Source: Escherichia phage dhaeg
Strand: one strand, 5' to 3'
Sequence record: MN850609.1
DNA length: 64,000 bases
Shown here: one piece after another, positions 24,091 to 34,622 of the stretch
Layout: each line of letters starts with the position of its first letter
Numbering within the stretch: position 1 is the stretch's first letter
Notes under the pieces: generated by a model
What the model saw: the letters and a program-made list of their open reading frames with translations, nothing else
Told to the model about the DNA's origin: nothing
Databases searched by the model: none
Program-made: the position numbers and the translations under genes

Positions 24091-24611
24091 TATGGCCTCG
24101 CATATACATATTCTCTGAGTTGATTAGCCCATTTGCTCCAATTACCCACTATAACCTTGGTATAAACCTTAGTAAGGGTTTTTCTTACTGGTGCTGGAGG
24201 AGGGTCGGTTTCGCTACCGGCTCTAGAATTACTTCCTCCTGAGCTCCCTGTATCACCTCCTGATGACTCTTCCTGAAAGTCATAGATTAATGTGACAGTA
24301 TAGGAAAAAGTCTTCTGAAGATTACCAGGGGCTTTCCAGAGGTATAATTGAGTGCTCTTGTCCTCTGGTAAATCTTTCCATGAACCTGCTGTTTTAAATT
24401 CATCACCTAATCGATATTTTAACGCATCTTCAGAGAATCCAAATACCGATTCATAGGTTCCGTATAAACGAGCCCCATCGACAATAATGCCTTCTGTTGG
24501 CTCATATTCTGTTATATTTATTTCAACTAATGTTTCGTTTGTTTCTAATTGAGCGGTAAACGTAACATCGATTGAGGCTCCTTCCATGGAGTCTCCTAAA
24601 TCAGTGCTCAT
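24090..24611 (-). CDS. hypothetical protein, gene 5.1-like position
   Basis: ORF-track start at 24671 is TTG and overlaps gene 5; first ATG outside gene 5 is at 24611; Gly/Ser-rich linker; start uncertain. Confidence 0.5.
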   Translation of the reverse strand: MSTDLGDSMEGASIDVTFTAQLETNETLVEINITEYEPTEGIIVDGARLYGTYESVFGFSEDALKYRLGDEFKTAGSWKDLPEDKSTQLYLWKAPGNLQKTFSYTVTLIYDFQEESSGGDTGSSGGSNSRAGSETDPPPAPVRKTLTKVYTKVIVGNWSKWANQLREYVYARP

Positions 24612-24621
24612 AGGTAAAATA

Positions 24622-26364
24622 TTAGCCAATGTCAATCCTCGAACCATCAATAGTATATTGACCGGATGCAATAGAACTCATAGTCGACATAGTTTCAGAC
24701 CAATTACCAGCAACGGTCATATCAACGTTTCCGTTTACCGACCATTTAACGTTTCCATTTACTGTATAATCATGGTTGCCTTCAACTAATGTTTTTGCAT
24801 CACCTTTAACAGTTATATCAGCATTGCCTTCAACAATAACCGTAACATTTCCTTTAACAATAAGGGTTCCGTCGCCTTCTACCGTTTTGGTTTCGTTACC
24901 ACGAATATGGATGCTTTCAGAACCGTCAGTTTGACGTCGAACGTTTGCCATATTATAATAGGTTTCATCACCACCTATATTGACTTTATTATTACCGCCA
25001 ACATAAGTATTAGAATCGCCTTGGGTCATATAATATCCGTCGGCTACGGTCTTAGAAGTTTTACGTCCATCAGGAGCAACTTCTTCATAACTACCTGTAG
25101 GGTGAATTAATCGGTAACGTTCTTGCCCTGGTGTGTTATCGAATTCTTGGATATGCCCACCTTCAGTTTGCATGGTTTGGACATATGGATATTCGCCTTT
25201 ATAACTGGAATCCGGCTCTTTAAAAAGAATCCTTGTATCTTCTGGAGTCCATGGGTCGGCTGGGTCTGAATTTGTAGGGGCTGCAAAGGTTTGAATCATC
25301 CTATAAGAACGGCCATTAAATTCTCTTTCTTTAGGGGCCATAATACCGTATGATTCCATATTACCGGTAAGGATAATCATTGATACCCTTGAGGCACGTC
25401 CCTTAGTTTGGTTAAACCATACTGAATTACGAGCTTCCTCAAATGCCTTTTTATAATCGCCTATTAACATAGCACTGAGCATACCACGGAATTTAGCAAG
25501 TCCACCTAAACCCATTTGGAAAGCCATGTTTTCAAGAGCCATTTGTCTTGAACGGTTTTCTTTATTGTAAACCGGACCTACAACACTATGCCTACCTATA
25601 TCGTTTTGAACTTTTTTAAGGTCTTCCTGGAATAACTTAGAAGCCTCGTCCATTGATATTGCACCTGGATTACCTTTAACTTCTCGACCTATTTGATTAG
25701 ATAATATTTTGTTTATCTGGGTCATATCTCTAATAGGTTGTGGAGTAATAAGGTGGCCTATACCAATAGTAGGGTATCCTTCGGTGTCCCAATATACCTT
25801 CAGTCTAAGCCCTTCATCACGATGAAGCATGTTTTCTATTGTGAAATTAGGATTATCATCAGGCTTAACTTGGCTTAAATCCAAACCGTCAGGATTAATA
25901 CCTACATCAGTGTTTGCATCTTGTATTACGTTAGAAGTGGCATCATATCCAACTTCACCACCTCGGTTTAGTGCAGCGGCATCATTACCTAAATAAAGCG
26001 GATACTGCCCTGTAGGGTCACTAAAACCTTCGTTTGGATTTGCCTTTTGTTTTGATGCTGAACCGTACGTACCAAGGACAAGCCCGTTTAATTTCCACTT
26101 ATCAAGAAAATGGCCATAAACTTGTGTACCAGGGACCATACCAGTCATAGCGGTTTGGATACCGGAAACAGAGGCAGAAGATGTAGGCATTAATACCGAC
26201 ATCCATGGTAAATCTTCCGTACGAAGGCCTTTTACAGGGCCCTGTACTTTTTCATACGGGTGCATACCCCATACGCGTACGCGTACACGACCTTGTTGGA
26301 GTGGGTCCATTCGGTCTTCAACTACACCGACGAACCAACTTACGTTATCAGACATGTTAATCAT
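24622..26364 (-). CDS. 5: baseplate hub / tail lysozyme gp5
   Basis: 580 aa; central lysozyme segment YWDTEGYPTIGIGHLI; synteny. Confidence 0.95.
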   Translation of the reverse strand: MINMSDNVSWFVGVVEDRMDPLQQGRVRVRVWGMHPYEKVQGPVKGLRTEDLPWMSVLMPTSSASVSGIQTAMTGMVPGTQVYGHFLDKWKLNGLVLGTYGSASKQKANPNEGFSDPTGQYPLYLGNDAAALNRGGEVGYDATSNVIQDANTDVGINPDGLDLSQVKPDDNPNFTIENMLHRDEGLRLKVYWDTEGYPTIGIGHLITPQPIRDMTQINKILSNQIGREVKGNPGAISMDEASKLFQEDLKKVQNDIGRHSVVGPVYNKENRSRQMALENMAFQMGLGGLAKFRGMLSAMLIGDYKKAFEEARNSVWFNQTKGRASRVSMIILTGNMESYGIMAPKEREFNGRSYRMIQTFAAPTNSDPADPWTPEDTRILFKEPDSSYKGEYPYVQTMQTEGGHIQEFDNTPGQERYRLIHPTGSYEEVAPDGRKTSKTVADGYYMTQGDSNTYVGGNNKVNIGGDETYYNMANVRRQTDGSESIHIRGNETKTVEGDGTLIVKGNVTVIVEGNADITVKGDAKTLVEGNHDYTVNGNVKWSVNGNVDMTVAGNWSETMSTMSSIASGQYTIDGSRIDIG

Positions 26365-26966
26365 TAGAGGGCTTTCTCCATTTCACGAATAAGGGCAGAA
26401 ATAAAAGACTCAATATCATTAGGGTCAATAATCTTTATTTCGCGCTTATATTCATTTTTACGAATGGCATCCTCGTAAATATCTACTGCGGCTAATGGAC
26501 CTTCGTATTGAGGATAACGTTTTTCTGTATCGCCTTTATCATACCAAGTATACGGATTTTCCGGTGTGTTGACAAGATTCCAGAATTTCTCACCTTTTTC
26601 GTTTACATGGTAAAGGACCTGGTTTCCGCCGTCGGTAGAATATCTTTGGATTGCCGCTTGATATGCTGCTTCTTGCCCGGTAATCCATCCATAATAAGGG
26701 TCATATATATTGTTGCACATAAGTAGAACCCAATATAATTGGACATTGCCATAAAGAAGATGGGCCAATTCTTCTGGACGAGGGGCCCCATTGATATAAT
26801 AAGTCTTTAGTGTATAATTTTTAGCCACTTTATCAAAATATTCTTTATAATTTCTAAATATATCAGTCATCGGCACGCTCAATACATCGGCATTTGTTAA
26901 TGAGCCCGAATCCGGCTTGACTGTTTTTGATTCGTAATCGATAGGATCGAAAAATGAGAAGAGCAT
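26364..26966 (-). CDS. 53: baseplate wedge protein gp53
   Basis: 200 aa; MLFSFFDPIDYE...TDIFRNYKEYF...YDPYYGWIT.QEAAYQA matches recalled T4 gp53. Confidence 0.9.
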   Translation of the reverse strand: MLFSFFDPIDYESKTVKPDSGSLTNADVLSVPMTDIFRNYKEYFDKVAKNYTLKTYYINGAPRPEELAHLLYGNVQLYWVLLMCNNIYDPYYGWITGQEAAYQAAIQRYSTDGGNQVLYHVNEKGEKFWNLVNTPENPYTWYDKGDTEKRYPQYEGPLAAVDIYEDAIRKNEYKREIKIIDPNDIESFISALIREMEKAL

Positions 26967-26978
26967 AGGGCCTCCGAG

Positions 26979-26986
26979 TATAAATA
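26979..26986 (+). promoter_or_regulatory. late promoter (TATAAATA) for gene 4
   Basis: tataaata 27 nt upstream of gene 4 ATG in the 46-bp divergent intergenic region. Confidence 0.6.
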
Positions 26987-26993
26987 ATATTAA

Positions 26994-27001
26994 TATTTAT
27001 A
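26994..27001 (-). promoter_or_regulatory. late promoter (TATAAATA) for gene 53
   Basis: tatttata on plus strand about 28 nt upstream of gene 53 ATG; back-to-back with the gene 4 promoter. Confidence 0.6.
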
Positions 27002-27012
27002 AGGAGGCAACT

Positions 27013-27462
27013 ATGGCTTACTCAGGGAAATTTAAACCTACAAACTTACAAAAATATAAAGGTGACTGGAAGAAAATCCAATATCGTTCCTCTTGGGAAG
27101 CATGGCTAATGAGATGGCTTGATAATCATCCTAATGTAGTCCAATGGAATTCAGAAGAGGTTGTGATTCCATATTTTTGTAATGCTGAAGGAAAGAAACG
27201 TCGATATTATATGGACTTCTGGGTTAAGTTTGATAATGGTCAACAATTCTTTTTTGAAGTCAAACCTTTTAAAGAGACCCACCCTCCAGCGATTCCGGTA
27301 AAAATGACCACTGCCGCTAAAAAGAGATATATTAACGAACATTATACTTGGTCTGTGAATAGTGACAAGTGGAAAGCCGCTAAAGCTACCGCAGATAAAA
27401 TGGGTATCAACTTTAGATTGATTACCGAACATTCACTGAAAAAATTAGGATGGAAAGGATGA
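27013..27462 (+). CDS. 4: head completion protein gp4
   Basis: 149 aa; MAYSGKF...YRS.WE...[14 protein letters not shown]...TTAAKKR...DKWKAA matches recalled T4 gp4. Confidence 0.9.
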   Translation: MAYSGKFKPTNLQKYKGDWKKIQYRSSWEAWLMRWLDNHPNVVQWNSEEVVIPYFCNAEGKKRRYYMDFWVKFDNGQQFFFEVKPFKETHPPAIPVKMTTAAKKRYINEHYTWSVNSDKWKAAKATADKMGINFRLITEHSLKKLGWKG

Positions 27463-28286
27463 GTATATTTTCCTACATCAATGAGGCCACTGAAACCACA
27501 AAAGGTTCTAAGCCTACTCGTTCAGAGCAACAATGGATAGCTTTAGGTGTTGAATATGCCAAAGCTAAGGCCAAAGGTGTCTCGTCTAAGAAATTCGCTG
27601 AAGATAAAGGCATTAAGTATTCTAGCTTTACATCTGCGATGTCTCGATACTCGAGTCGAATTAAAACTGCCGTACAGGTCGAAAAACTTCAGAAGAAACC
27701 TGGCAATAAATTGACCAAAGCCGAACGTCAATTAATTTTGGTGAATAGTTTTAGAAAGAGTATTCGTGATAAGATTGCTAACGAAGGCGCTGCTGTAAAC
27801 AATAAATCAGCTAAATGGTTTACAGAAACATTAAAGAAAGGAATTCGTGGACACCAGGTATCTAAACCATCTCCTGGTAAGCTTTATGCTTATATCTATG
27901 ATGCTAAACACAAGGACACATTACCCTACTGGGACAAATATCCTTTAATCATTTATCTTGGGCTCGGTAAGCATAATCTGATGTATGGGTTGAACTTACA
28001 CTATATTCCGCCTAAAGCACGCCAACAATTTCTAGAAGAATTGCTGAAGCAATACGCGAGTACGCCTACCATTACGAACTCGACCAAATTAAAAATTGAT
28101 TGGAGTAAGGTAAAAGGATTTGCTGGTGCTGACGCGATGATTAAGGCTTATATCCCTGGAAATATCAAGGGACCTTTAGTAGAGATAAAACCTTCTGATT
28201 GGGCTAATGTCGTAATGATGCCTCTCCAGCAGTTCATGTCTAAAGGTAAGCGTTACTCAGCTCAGAAAGTATGGAAGAACGCATAA
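27459..28286 (+). CDS. 2: DNA end protector protein gp2
   Basis: Synteny (4-2-3-1) and size; start at ATG 27459 overlapping gene 4 stop (alternative ATG 27450). Confidence 0.7.
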   Translation: MSIFSYINEATETTKGSKPTRSEQQWIALGVEYAKAKAKGVSSKKFAEDKGIKYSSFTSAMSRYSSRIKTAVQVEKLQKKPGNKLTKAERQLILVNSFRKSIRDKIANEGAAVNNKSAKWFTETLKKGIRGHQVSKPSPGKLYAYIYDAKHKDTLPYWDKYPLIIYLGLGKHNLMYGLNLHYIPPKARQQFLEELLKQYASTPTITNSTKLKIDWSKVKGFAGADAMIKAYIPGNIKGPLVEIKPSDWANVVMMPLQQFMSKGKRYSAQKVWKNA

Positions 28287-28368
28287 TCTATTATCCCAGC
28301 CAGTTATTGAATGGAACAGACCTAGGACCATTATACACTGTCTGGGACTTAAGCAATATAGGAATCCT

Positions 28369-28959
28369 ATGAACGGTTTATTTAACCAAACTAACACTAC
28401 CAACTTTATCTTAGAGGTTAGTGACTCAGGAATGACGCAGTCATTCAAATTGAACGTACAAGATGTAACACTACCGGGTATCCATATTCCTATCTCAGAC
28501 GTCCCCGGATCGACCCAGGGCATACATCGTGCTAAGCTGCCAGGTTCTACAGTAGAATTCGATCCCTTGATTGTAAACTTTCTTGTAGACCGTGAGTTGA
28601 AATCATGGATGGACGTTTATAAATGGATGCTATCATTAAACAACTATGTAACACATGAATCCGAAGCCTGGCATCCTAAAGGCTTGCCTGAAGCGATTAC
28701 CCTCCATATCCTTGATAACAACAAACAGAAAATCGTAATGAGCATTCATTACTACGGCGGTTGGCCATCCGACTTATCGGAAATCCAATACTCGTATAAA
28801 GAAGATTCTGACCCTGCTATAATCGCTACGGCAACATTCAACTTCAAGTCGTTTGCTGTAGAAATAGATGGTACAATAGTTACAGGTCGTCCACAAATTG
28901 ATTCGTATGCCGAACAACGTGTGGCTCGTATGTCTATGCATCCATCTATGAGAAAATAA
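28369..28959 (+). CDS. 3: tail completion / tail tube terminator protein gp3
   Basis: 196 aa; synteny between gene 2 and gene 1. Confidence 0.7.
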   Translation: MNGLFNQTNTTNFILEVSDSGMTQSFKLNVQDVTLPGIHIPISDVPGSTQGIHRAKLPGSTVEFDPLIVNFLVDRELKSWMDVYKWMLSLNNYVTHESEAWHPKGLPEAITLHILDNNKQKIVMSIHYYGGWPSDLSEIQYSYKEDSDPAIIATATFNFKSFAVEIDGTIVTGRPQIDSYAEQRVARMSMHPSMRK

Positions 28960-29712
28960 TGAAACTAATATCAATTGTAGGAATCAAACGTAGCGGTAAG
29001 GATACCGTTGCTAACTATGTAATTGAGAATACGGATTCCGTAAAATTCCAACTCGCTGGTCCTATTAAAAAGTATCTGGCTGAAGCTTATGAATACATAT
29101 CTGATGACCCTGTATTTGACCGTAGCTATATGCCTAAATTAGATTTTAATTGTTTTGAAGGTATCGGTTATGACCGTGAAGAAATAATTCCTTTAAAACC
29201 GTATGATGTGGTTGATATTTTTGAACATGCTATTGTTAAGCTGAATAATATCCTTCCTATTCCAGGAATTGATGTTCGTATCGCATATCATTATGGTCTT
29301 ACCCCGGTCCAGTATCTGTCTGAAGAAACAAAAGACCAGCTATTTGAAGTAATAAATAAAAATAACAATTGGTCAGTACGTCGTCTCATGCAGACCCTTG
29401 GGACTGATATTATTGTTAACCAATTTGATAAGATGTATTGGGTTAAGTTGTTCGCTTTAGACTATTTTGATAAAATATACTCTGATGCGAAATACTATGT
29501 CGTACCTGATGTTCGTCAAACACACGAAATTGATTCACTCAGAGCGATGGGTGCTACGATTATTCATGTAGTTCGCGCTGAAACCGGTCAAGTACAAGAC
29601 TCGCACATCACTGAAGCGGGTCTACCAATTTTACCTGGTGACGTTGTTATTGAAAATAACGGCACTCTTTCTGAACTATACACTACTATTGATAAATTAT
29701 TAGGAAATAAAA

Positions 29713-29720
<8 letters not shown>
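28959..29720 (+). CDS. 1: deoxynucleoside monophosphate kinase gp1
   Basis: 253 aa; MKLI...G.KRSGKDT ... WSVRRLMQ.LGTD ... YWVKLFALDY ... PD.RQ.HE ... AMGAT.IHVVR matches recalled T4 gp1. Confidence 0.95.
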
Positions 29721-30604
<884 letters not shown>

Positions 30605-30613
30605 TTTAAAAAT

Positions 30614-30644
30614 GTTTTACAAAGGGCTTTAGTGATGATACTAT
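30614..30644 (+). promoter_or_regulatory. sigma70-type early promoter cassette
   Basis: gTTTACA ... 17 bp ... TACTAT, followed by conserved gacctatcaa-like leader. Confidence 0.55.
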
Positions 30645-30682
30645 AGGCCTATCAAAAACAAACTAACCAAATGGAAATCAAA

Positions 30683-30961
30683 ATGAAAACTTATCAAGAA
30701 TTTAGTAAATCCCAAAAAGTGGCTCCTATCACTGAAGCCAGTGTTATGAGTGAAGTTATAGCCCTAAACAAAGGCCGTGAAGGTAAACCGGTTATCGGTC
30801 TTAATGGTGATGAACTTAAAGGTACTGTTTATCTGGGCGACGGTTACCATGCTAAAAAAGACGGTGGGAGCATTGTTATTTCCCCGGCTCAAGAATCTTC
30901 TGTAATGAAAACCGTTTACATCGCCACCAAGCACTTTGATATTTTGAAAAAAGCACTTTAA
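30683..30961 (+). CDS. internal-protein-like protein with capsid-targeting-sequence-like N-terminus
   Basis: N-terminus MKTYQEF... with ITE-A cleavage-like site; start chosen at second ATG. Confidence 0.55.
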   Translation: MKTYQEFSKSQKVAPITEASVMSEVIALNKGREGKPVIGLNGDELKGTVYLGDGYHAKKDGGSIVISPAQESSVMKTVYIATKHFDILKKAL

Positions 30962-30963
30962 AG

Positions 30964-30995
30964 TTATTTACAACGGGCTCTAGTGATGATACTAT
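30964..30995 (+). promoter_or_regulatory. sigma70-type early promoter cassette
   Basis: TTTACA-17-TACTAT followed by conserved ...cctatcaaaacaaatgagtga..ggagaataaaATG leader. Confidence 0.55.
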
Positions 30996-31031
30996 AGCCC
31001 TATCAAAACAAATGAGTGATTGGAGAATAAA

Positions 31032-31217
31032 ATGAAACGTTGTGAATTAATTAGAAATGTTACTGCACTGGCCGCCGTTACTGCTTTTGGCTTTAGTATG
31101 TTTGCAGGATTCATGTTGGATTTGCTTACAACTTCCGAGAATATAATCTCTTTAGTAGTGGCATTCTTAATTGGTTCAATCTCTTTCGTTATGGATAAAA
31201 TCTCTAAAGGTGAGTAA
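31032..31217 (+). CDS. small membrane protein
   Basis: 61 aa, two hydrophobic helices; start after ggagaataaa RBS. Confidence 0.5.
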   Translation: MKRCELIRNVTALAAVTAFGFSMFAGFMLDLLTTSENIISLVVAFLIGSISFVMDKISKGE

Positions 31218-31218
31218 A

Positions 31219-31599
31219 ATGTATAAAGTGTATGCGGATTATCAAGCAAATCCATCTGAAAAACCAGATTGCCAAATTGGGTGGGCGCATGACACCCTGC
31301 TTGAAGCGGTAAATGAAGCACAGAAATTAGGATATAGTTATGTAGATATTGTTCAACCGGGTGGAACAGTTATTACTCTTGAAGAATTCAAGAATATCAA
31401 AACAAACTTTTTGCTCTTTGCCGGTGATAACTATTATCCTCGTGGCGGTTATGCTGACTTAATCGCAAAGGCCGCGACTGAAGATGAACTGCGCGATATC
31501 ATTAAAGAAAACGAGAATAAGCCTTGTTACGGTTCCAATCGTTTTGACTGGTGGCAGATTGTCAATGCCAATACCCACACTATTGTAGACGAGGGTTAA
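31219..31599 (+). CDS. hypothetical protein
   Basis: 126 aa ORF, ATG after gtgagtaaa RBS-like sequence; tightly packed. Confidence 0.5.
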   Translation: MYKVYADYQANPSEKPDCQIGWAHDTLLEAVNEAQKLGYSYVDIVQPGGTVITLEEFKNIKTNFLLFAGDNYYPRGGYADLIAKAATEDELRDIIKENENKPCYGSNRFDWWQIVNANTHTIVDEG

Positions 31600-31884
31600 A
31601 TGTTATACGTTAAGGTTACTAATCCAGAGAATGGCTATAAATCCGATCAGGTTGCAGCCGAGTTGTTGATTCGAAATTACGGCAAAGATGCCGTGCTTGA
31701 TGTTCAACAGGTTAATATTGGCCGTAGTTCAAGCGATGTTAAACTCAAAGTTAACAGCCATCGCTATAATTCTGTTAACTTTACTTTTTATACCGCAACT
31801 GAAAATGGATTGGTCGAATACGACATCTTTAAAAACCCTTTGAAGATTGCTTCTATTAAACTTGACTATATTAATATGCTTTAA
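31600..31884 (+). CDS. hypothetical protein
   Basis: 94 aa ORF starting at the stop of the preceding gene. Confidence 0.5.
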   Translation: MLYVKVTNPENGYKSDQVAAELLIRNYGKDAVLDVQQVNIGRSSSDVKLKVNSHRYNSVNFTFYTATENGLVEYDIFKNPLKIASIKLDYINML

Positions 31885-31969
31885 GAATTATGTGATATTA
31901 TTACTCTATCATTAATACCCTCTATTACCAAAGGTTCTTCCCTCAAAGAGCCTTTCATAATAGAATTAA

Positions 31970-32043
31970 GGCCCTGTAGCTGGACGGTCAAGCGAGCGAC
32001 TCATAATCGCTGGATGGTGGTTCGATTCCACCCAGGGCCACCA
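31970..32043 (+). tRNA. tRNA with CAU anticodon (Met or lysidine-type Ile)
   Basis: Hand-folded cloverleaf: acceptor GGCCCUG/CAGGGCC, anticodon stem AGCGA/UCGCU with loop CUCAUAA, T-arm GGUGG-UUCGAUU-CCACC, encoded CCA. Confidence 0.75.
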
Positions 32044-32047
32044 ATTT

Positions 32048-32122
32048 GGATGTGTAGCTCAGTGGTAGAGCAGTTGACTGTTAATCAATTGGTCCATGGT
32101 TCGAATCCATGCATGTCCGCCA
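32048..32122 (+). tRNA. tRNA-Asn (GUU)
   Basis: Acceptor GGAUGUG/CAUGUCC (two G-U pairs), D-arm GCUC-AGUGGUA-GAGC, anticodon loop CUGUUAA, T-arm CAUGG-UUCGAAU-CCAUG, encoded CCA. Confidence 0.75.
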
Positions 32123-32126
32123 AATA

Positions 32127-32202
32127 CGAGGCATAGCTCAGAAGGAAGAGCAAGGACCTTCTAAGTCCTGGGTCGTAGGTTCGATCCCTACTGTCTCGAC
32201 CA
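32127..32202 (+). tRNA. tRNA-Arg (UCU)
   Basis: Acceptor CGAGGCA/UGUCUCG, D-arm GCUC-AGAAGGAA-GAGC, anticodon stem AGGAC/GUCCU with loop CUUCUAA, T-arm GUAGG-UUCGAUC-CCUAC, encoded CCA. Confidence 0.8.
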
Positions 32203-32372
32203 AACAAGAAACCGGGTCGCTACCGGTAAGTCGTCGGACTGAAGTTCCCTGAATAAGACCCGACTTTAAGGCGTACATGAGTTCCTCTTAAAGTCCCTTA
32301 TCTCACAGCTGAAACGGCGCACCGAACACTTGCCTAGCAGGTGGAACCCCGACAAGGTTACCCTAGGTTAAA
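32203..32372 (+). ncRNA. structured non-coding RNA region downstream of tRNA-Arg (candidate small stable RNA)
   Basis: About 170 nt without a convincing ORF between the last tRNA and a terminator; stems such as CGGGUC...GACCCG; T4 has small stable RNAs in this position. Confidence 0.35.
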
Positions 32373-32400
32373 GGCCCTTCCGAAAGGTTGGGCCTTTTTT
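32373..32400 (+). terminator. rho-independent terminator ending the tRNA/RNA transcription unit
   Basis: GGCCCuuCC-GAAA-GGuuGGGCC followed by TTTTTT. Confidence 0.6.
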
Positions 32401-32401
32401 G

Positions 32402-32409
32402 TATAAATA
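32402..32409 (+). promoter_or_regulatory. late promoter (TATAAATA)
   Basis: Exact TATAAATA 28 nt upstream of the ATG at 32438. Confidence 0.6.
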
Positions 32410-32437
32410 GATAAGTTAATTAACACAGGAAACAATA

Positions 32438-33061
32438 ATGAAAACTTACAATGAATTTTTGAACGAAAGCGTTCTGACTGAAGCCAGCGTGCGCATGACT
32501 AAAGATATGTGGCAAGCTGCTTATGATAAAATTTCCGGGACTAAAACCACTACCGAGTTCTTTAAAAACGTTTATGATATGTATGGTTTTGATACTAGTA
32601 ACCAGAAAGAATATTACAAAGCTTCCAAAGCTTTTAAAGATATCGTAGCCGGTGGCGCTACTAAACCTGCTAAACCAGCTAAAGCTCCTGTTGCTAAACC
32701 TGCAGCCCCAACCAAAGTTGCACCACCTAAACCTGCGGCAGCACCTAAAGCAGAGCCTGTAAAAGAAGCTCCTAAACCTAAAATCAAGTTCGACACCAGC
32801 ACTATTGTTAAAAAATATAACCAACTGGCTTCTTTGGTTTCTGAAATAGAATCCGAAACTAAACACCTTGTTCGTGAATTCAATGTTCTTCGTAACGGTC
32901 AACACATTAACAACCTGGACACACCAGACCTTTATCGTCTCTATCTGACGGTTGAAGGCCTTAAGTACACCCAGCCTATGCGCGAAGAAATTGACAACAA
33001 ACTTCGTCAAGCACGCCGACTGGCCGGTGACGCAGCTCAGTTCGAAAAGACTCGTAAATAA
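32438..33061 (+). CDS. internal-protein-like protein with capsid-targeting-sequence-like N-terminus and Pro/Ala/Lys-rich linker
   Basis: 207 aa; N-terminus MKTYNEFLNES...LTEA; low-complexity KPAKPAKAPVAKPAAPTKVAPPKPAAAPKAEP linker; late promoter upstream. Confidence 0.6.
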   Translation: MKTYNEFLNESVLTEASVRMTKDMWQAAYDKISGTKTTTEFFKNVYDMYGFDTSNQKEYYKASKAFKDIVAGGATKPAKPAKAPVAKPAAPTKVAPPKPAAAPKAEPVKEAPKPKIKFDTSTIVKKYNQLASLVSEIESETKHLVREFNVLRNGQHINNLDTPDLYRLYLTVEGLKYTQPMREEIDNKLRQARRLAGDAAQFEKTRK

Positions 33062-33064
33062 TGA

Positions 33065-33086
33065 AAGGAGACTTCGGTCTCCTTTT
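33065..33086 (+). terminator. rho-independent terminator
   Basis: GGAGAC-UUCG-GUCUCC followed by UUUU. Confidence 0.6.
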
Positions 33087-33120
33087 AGGGGGTTTAAACT
33101 AAAAATAATTTCACAAAGTT

Positions 33121-33149
33121 GTTTACACCTCCTTTAAACGTGATACTAT
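33121..33149 (+). promoter_or_regulatory. sigma70-type early promoter cassette
   Basis: GTTTACA-16-TACTAT plus conserved leader; -35-proximal CCTCCTT can pair with downstream AAGGAG RBS. Confidence 0.55.
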
Positions 33150-33184
33150 AGACCTATCAAAACAACAGAGTGAAGGAGAGTAAA

Positions 33185-33448
33185 ATGGATAATTATGGTG
33201 AATTGTTTAATTTCTTTATGAAATGCGTTCCTGAAGAATTTGGTGCTACTGTTAACGATATTAAGGTTATAGGTGATGACCATCCCATATTTGAAACCTA
33301 CGCAGTAATGGGTAATGACGATGGACAGTGGTATACCGTAAAGGTTGTGGTTAATATGTTTGCTGCCGAAGGGTACGTCAAATTGTCTACCAAAGTTTAT
33401 CACGATAACGATTTTGATGCGGAAGATTATTTCAATAATATGAAATAA
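33185..33448 (+). CDS. hypothetical protein
   Basis: 87 aa; ATG after ggagagtaaa RBS (ORF-track start at 33170 is GTG inside the leader). Confidence 0.5.
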   Translation: MDNYGELFNFFMKCVPEEFGATVNDIKVIGDDHPIFETYAVMGNDDGQWYTVKVVVNMFAAEGYVKLSTKVYHDNDFDAEDYFNNMK

Positions 33449-33450
33449 TT

Positions 33451-33486
33451 GTTTACACGGGCTCATGATTGAGATATTATGAGCCC
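33451..33486 (+). promoter_or_regulatory. early promoter with promoter-spanning stem-loop
   Basis: GTTTACA then inverted repeat GGGCTCAT...ATGAGCCC enclosing a TATTAT -10-like hexamer. Confidence 0.5.
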
Positions 33487-33505
33487 GTAATTTGAGGAGA
33501 GCATA

Positions 33506-33904
33506 ATGAATATCGAAGATAAAGAAATGCAAGAGTTGTATAATTCATTAACGCCTGAACAACAAAAAGCTGCCAAAGAATTAGAGAAAGCTCTTACTTT
33601 CAGCTTGGCAAAAACTGATTGGGCCGCCATGTATGAAGAAAAAAGGAGATCGGAAATTGAAGCTGTCGAGAGAAATGAATGGATTGTAGAAACCAAGATT
33701 TCTGATGGTGGTTGCTCTGTTGAGGTGTCAGCTGTGGTTAAAGGTACTCATGGTGAAAAATCACTAGGTTGGCATAATGAGGCAAACAAATATATTGTTC
33801 TCTCAACGTCAAAAACTTATGGTCAAAGGGTTCCTGTATCCAAAGCTATTATTAAGCAAGCTCAATGGGAAGCCAATGAAATTTGCCTAGCAAAAATGAA
33901 ATAA
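33506..33904 (+). CDS. hypothetical protein
   Basis: 132 aa ORF with GAGGAG RBS. Confidence 0.55.
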   Translation: MNIEDKEMQELYNSLTPEQQKAAKELEKALTFSLAKTDWAAMYEEKRRSEIEAVERNEWIVETKISDGGCSVEVSAVVKGTHGEKSLGWHNEANKYIVLSTSKTYGQRVPVSKAIIKQAQWEANEICLAKMK

Positions 33905-33907
33905 AAT

Positions 33908-33943
33908 GTTTACAACCCTCAGAGGACAGGGTATAATGTCCTC
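33908..33943 (+). promoter_or_regulatory. early promoter with promoter-spanning stem-loop (consensus TTTACA-17-TATAAT)
   Basis: gTTTACA ... TATAAT with stem AGGACA...TGTCCT flanking the -10. Confidence 0.6.
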
Positions 33944-33980
33944 ATGGATTACAAAATATCAACCGACTGAAGGAAATACT

Positions 33981-34574
33981 ATGAACACTTTAAAGAAAAT
34001 CGTTGAATTCATCCGTTCTAAACTGGGTACCGCAATGACTCAGAACCTGTCAATCGAAGACCAGTATACTAAAGCTGCTTCTACCCTGATTGATAAAATT
34101 ACTGAACTCCAGACTGCTCATGTTAAGTCTGTGAATGAAGAAAAACGTATTCGCGAGTTAGCGAATGAAAAAGACCAACTCGCCGCTTCAAAAGAGCGTG
34201 AAATTCGTAAACTGATTAAAGAAGGCGCCGATGTCCAGGTGCATGCTAAACTTGGCCTCCTTTATCGTCGTACAGCTAATCAACTTCGTAAGAAAGCAGA
34301 CGATTATATCGAAATGCGTAATGAAATTAAACTGAAGGTCAAGGAACTTGATGACTCTCGTCAAGAACTGGCTGTTAAGCTCGAGTACATCCGTGAAACT
34401 CGTAATATGGCTGCCCTTGGTATTGCTACTGCCGATGATGTGGTTGAAATCGCTGCACTGACTAAGATTGATATTGAAGATACCCTGCTGCGTGTAGAAA
34501 CGTTTAAAGGCCCACAAGTTGGAATGGATACGACTTCAGCCGATATCGAAGACTACATTAATTCACTTAAGTAA
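33981..34574 (+). CDS. coiled-coil protein (weak PspA/IM30-like impression, unverified)
   Basis: 197 aa, predominantly heptad-like charged helices; start at ATG 33981 after GAAGGAAA; ORF-track start 33906 reads through the promoter. Confidence 0.5.
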   Translation: MNTLKKIVEFIRSKLGTAMTQNLSIEDQYTKAASTLIDKITELQTAHVKSVNEEKRIRELANEKDQLAASKEREIRKLIKEGADVQVHAKLGLLYRRTANQLRKKADDYIEMRNEIKLKVKELDDSRQELAVKLEYIRETRNMAALGIATADDVVEIAALTKIDIEDTLLRVETFKGPQVGMDTTSADIEDYINSLK

Positions 34575-34581
34575 TATTACC

Positions 34582-34604
34582 GGGAGACTTCGGTCTCCCT
34601 ATTT
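34582..34604 (+). terminator. hairpin, possible weak terminator
   Basis: GGGAGAC-UUCG-GUCUCCC followed by UAUUU (poor U-tract). Confidence 0.35.
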
Positions 34605-34622
34605 GGAGGAGAGGAGAATATT

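Noticed and set aside
32420-33010. 196-aa minus-strand ORF antisense to the internal-protein-like gene at 32438-33061
   Set aside because: Cys/Arg/Phe-rich mirror translation of the Pro/Ala/Lys-rich linker on the other strand; the plus-strand gene has a late promoter, an RBS and a capsid-targeting-like N-terminus.
33906-34574. ORF-track N-terminal extensions that read through promoter cassettes (also 39121, 39456, 51904, 56021, 33170, 37330)
   Set aside because: The extended starts are GTG/TTG or ATG codons lying inside -35/-10 elements or terminators; starts were reassigned to the first ATG following the conserved RBS.
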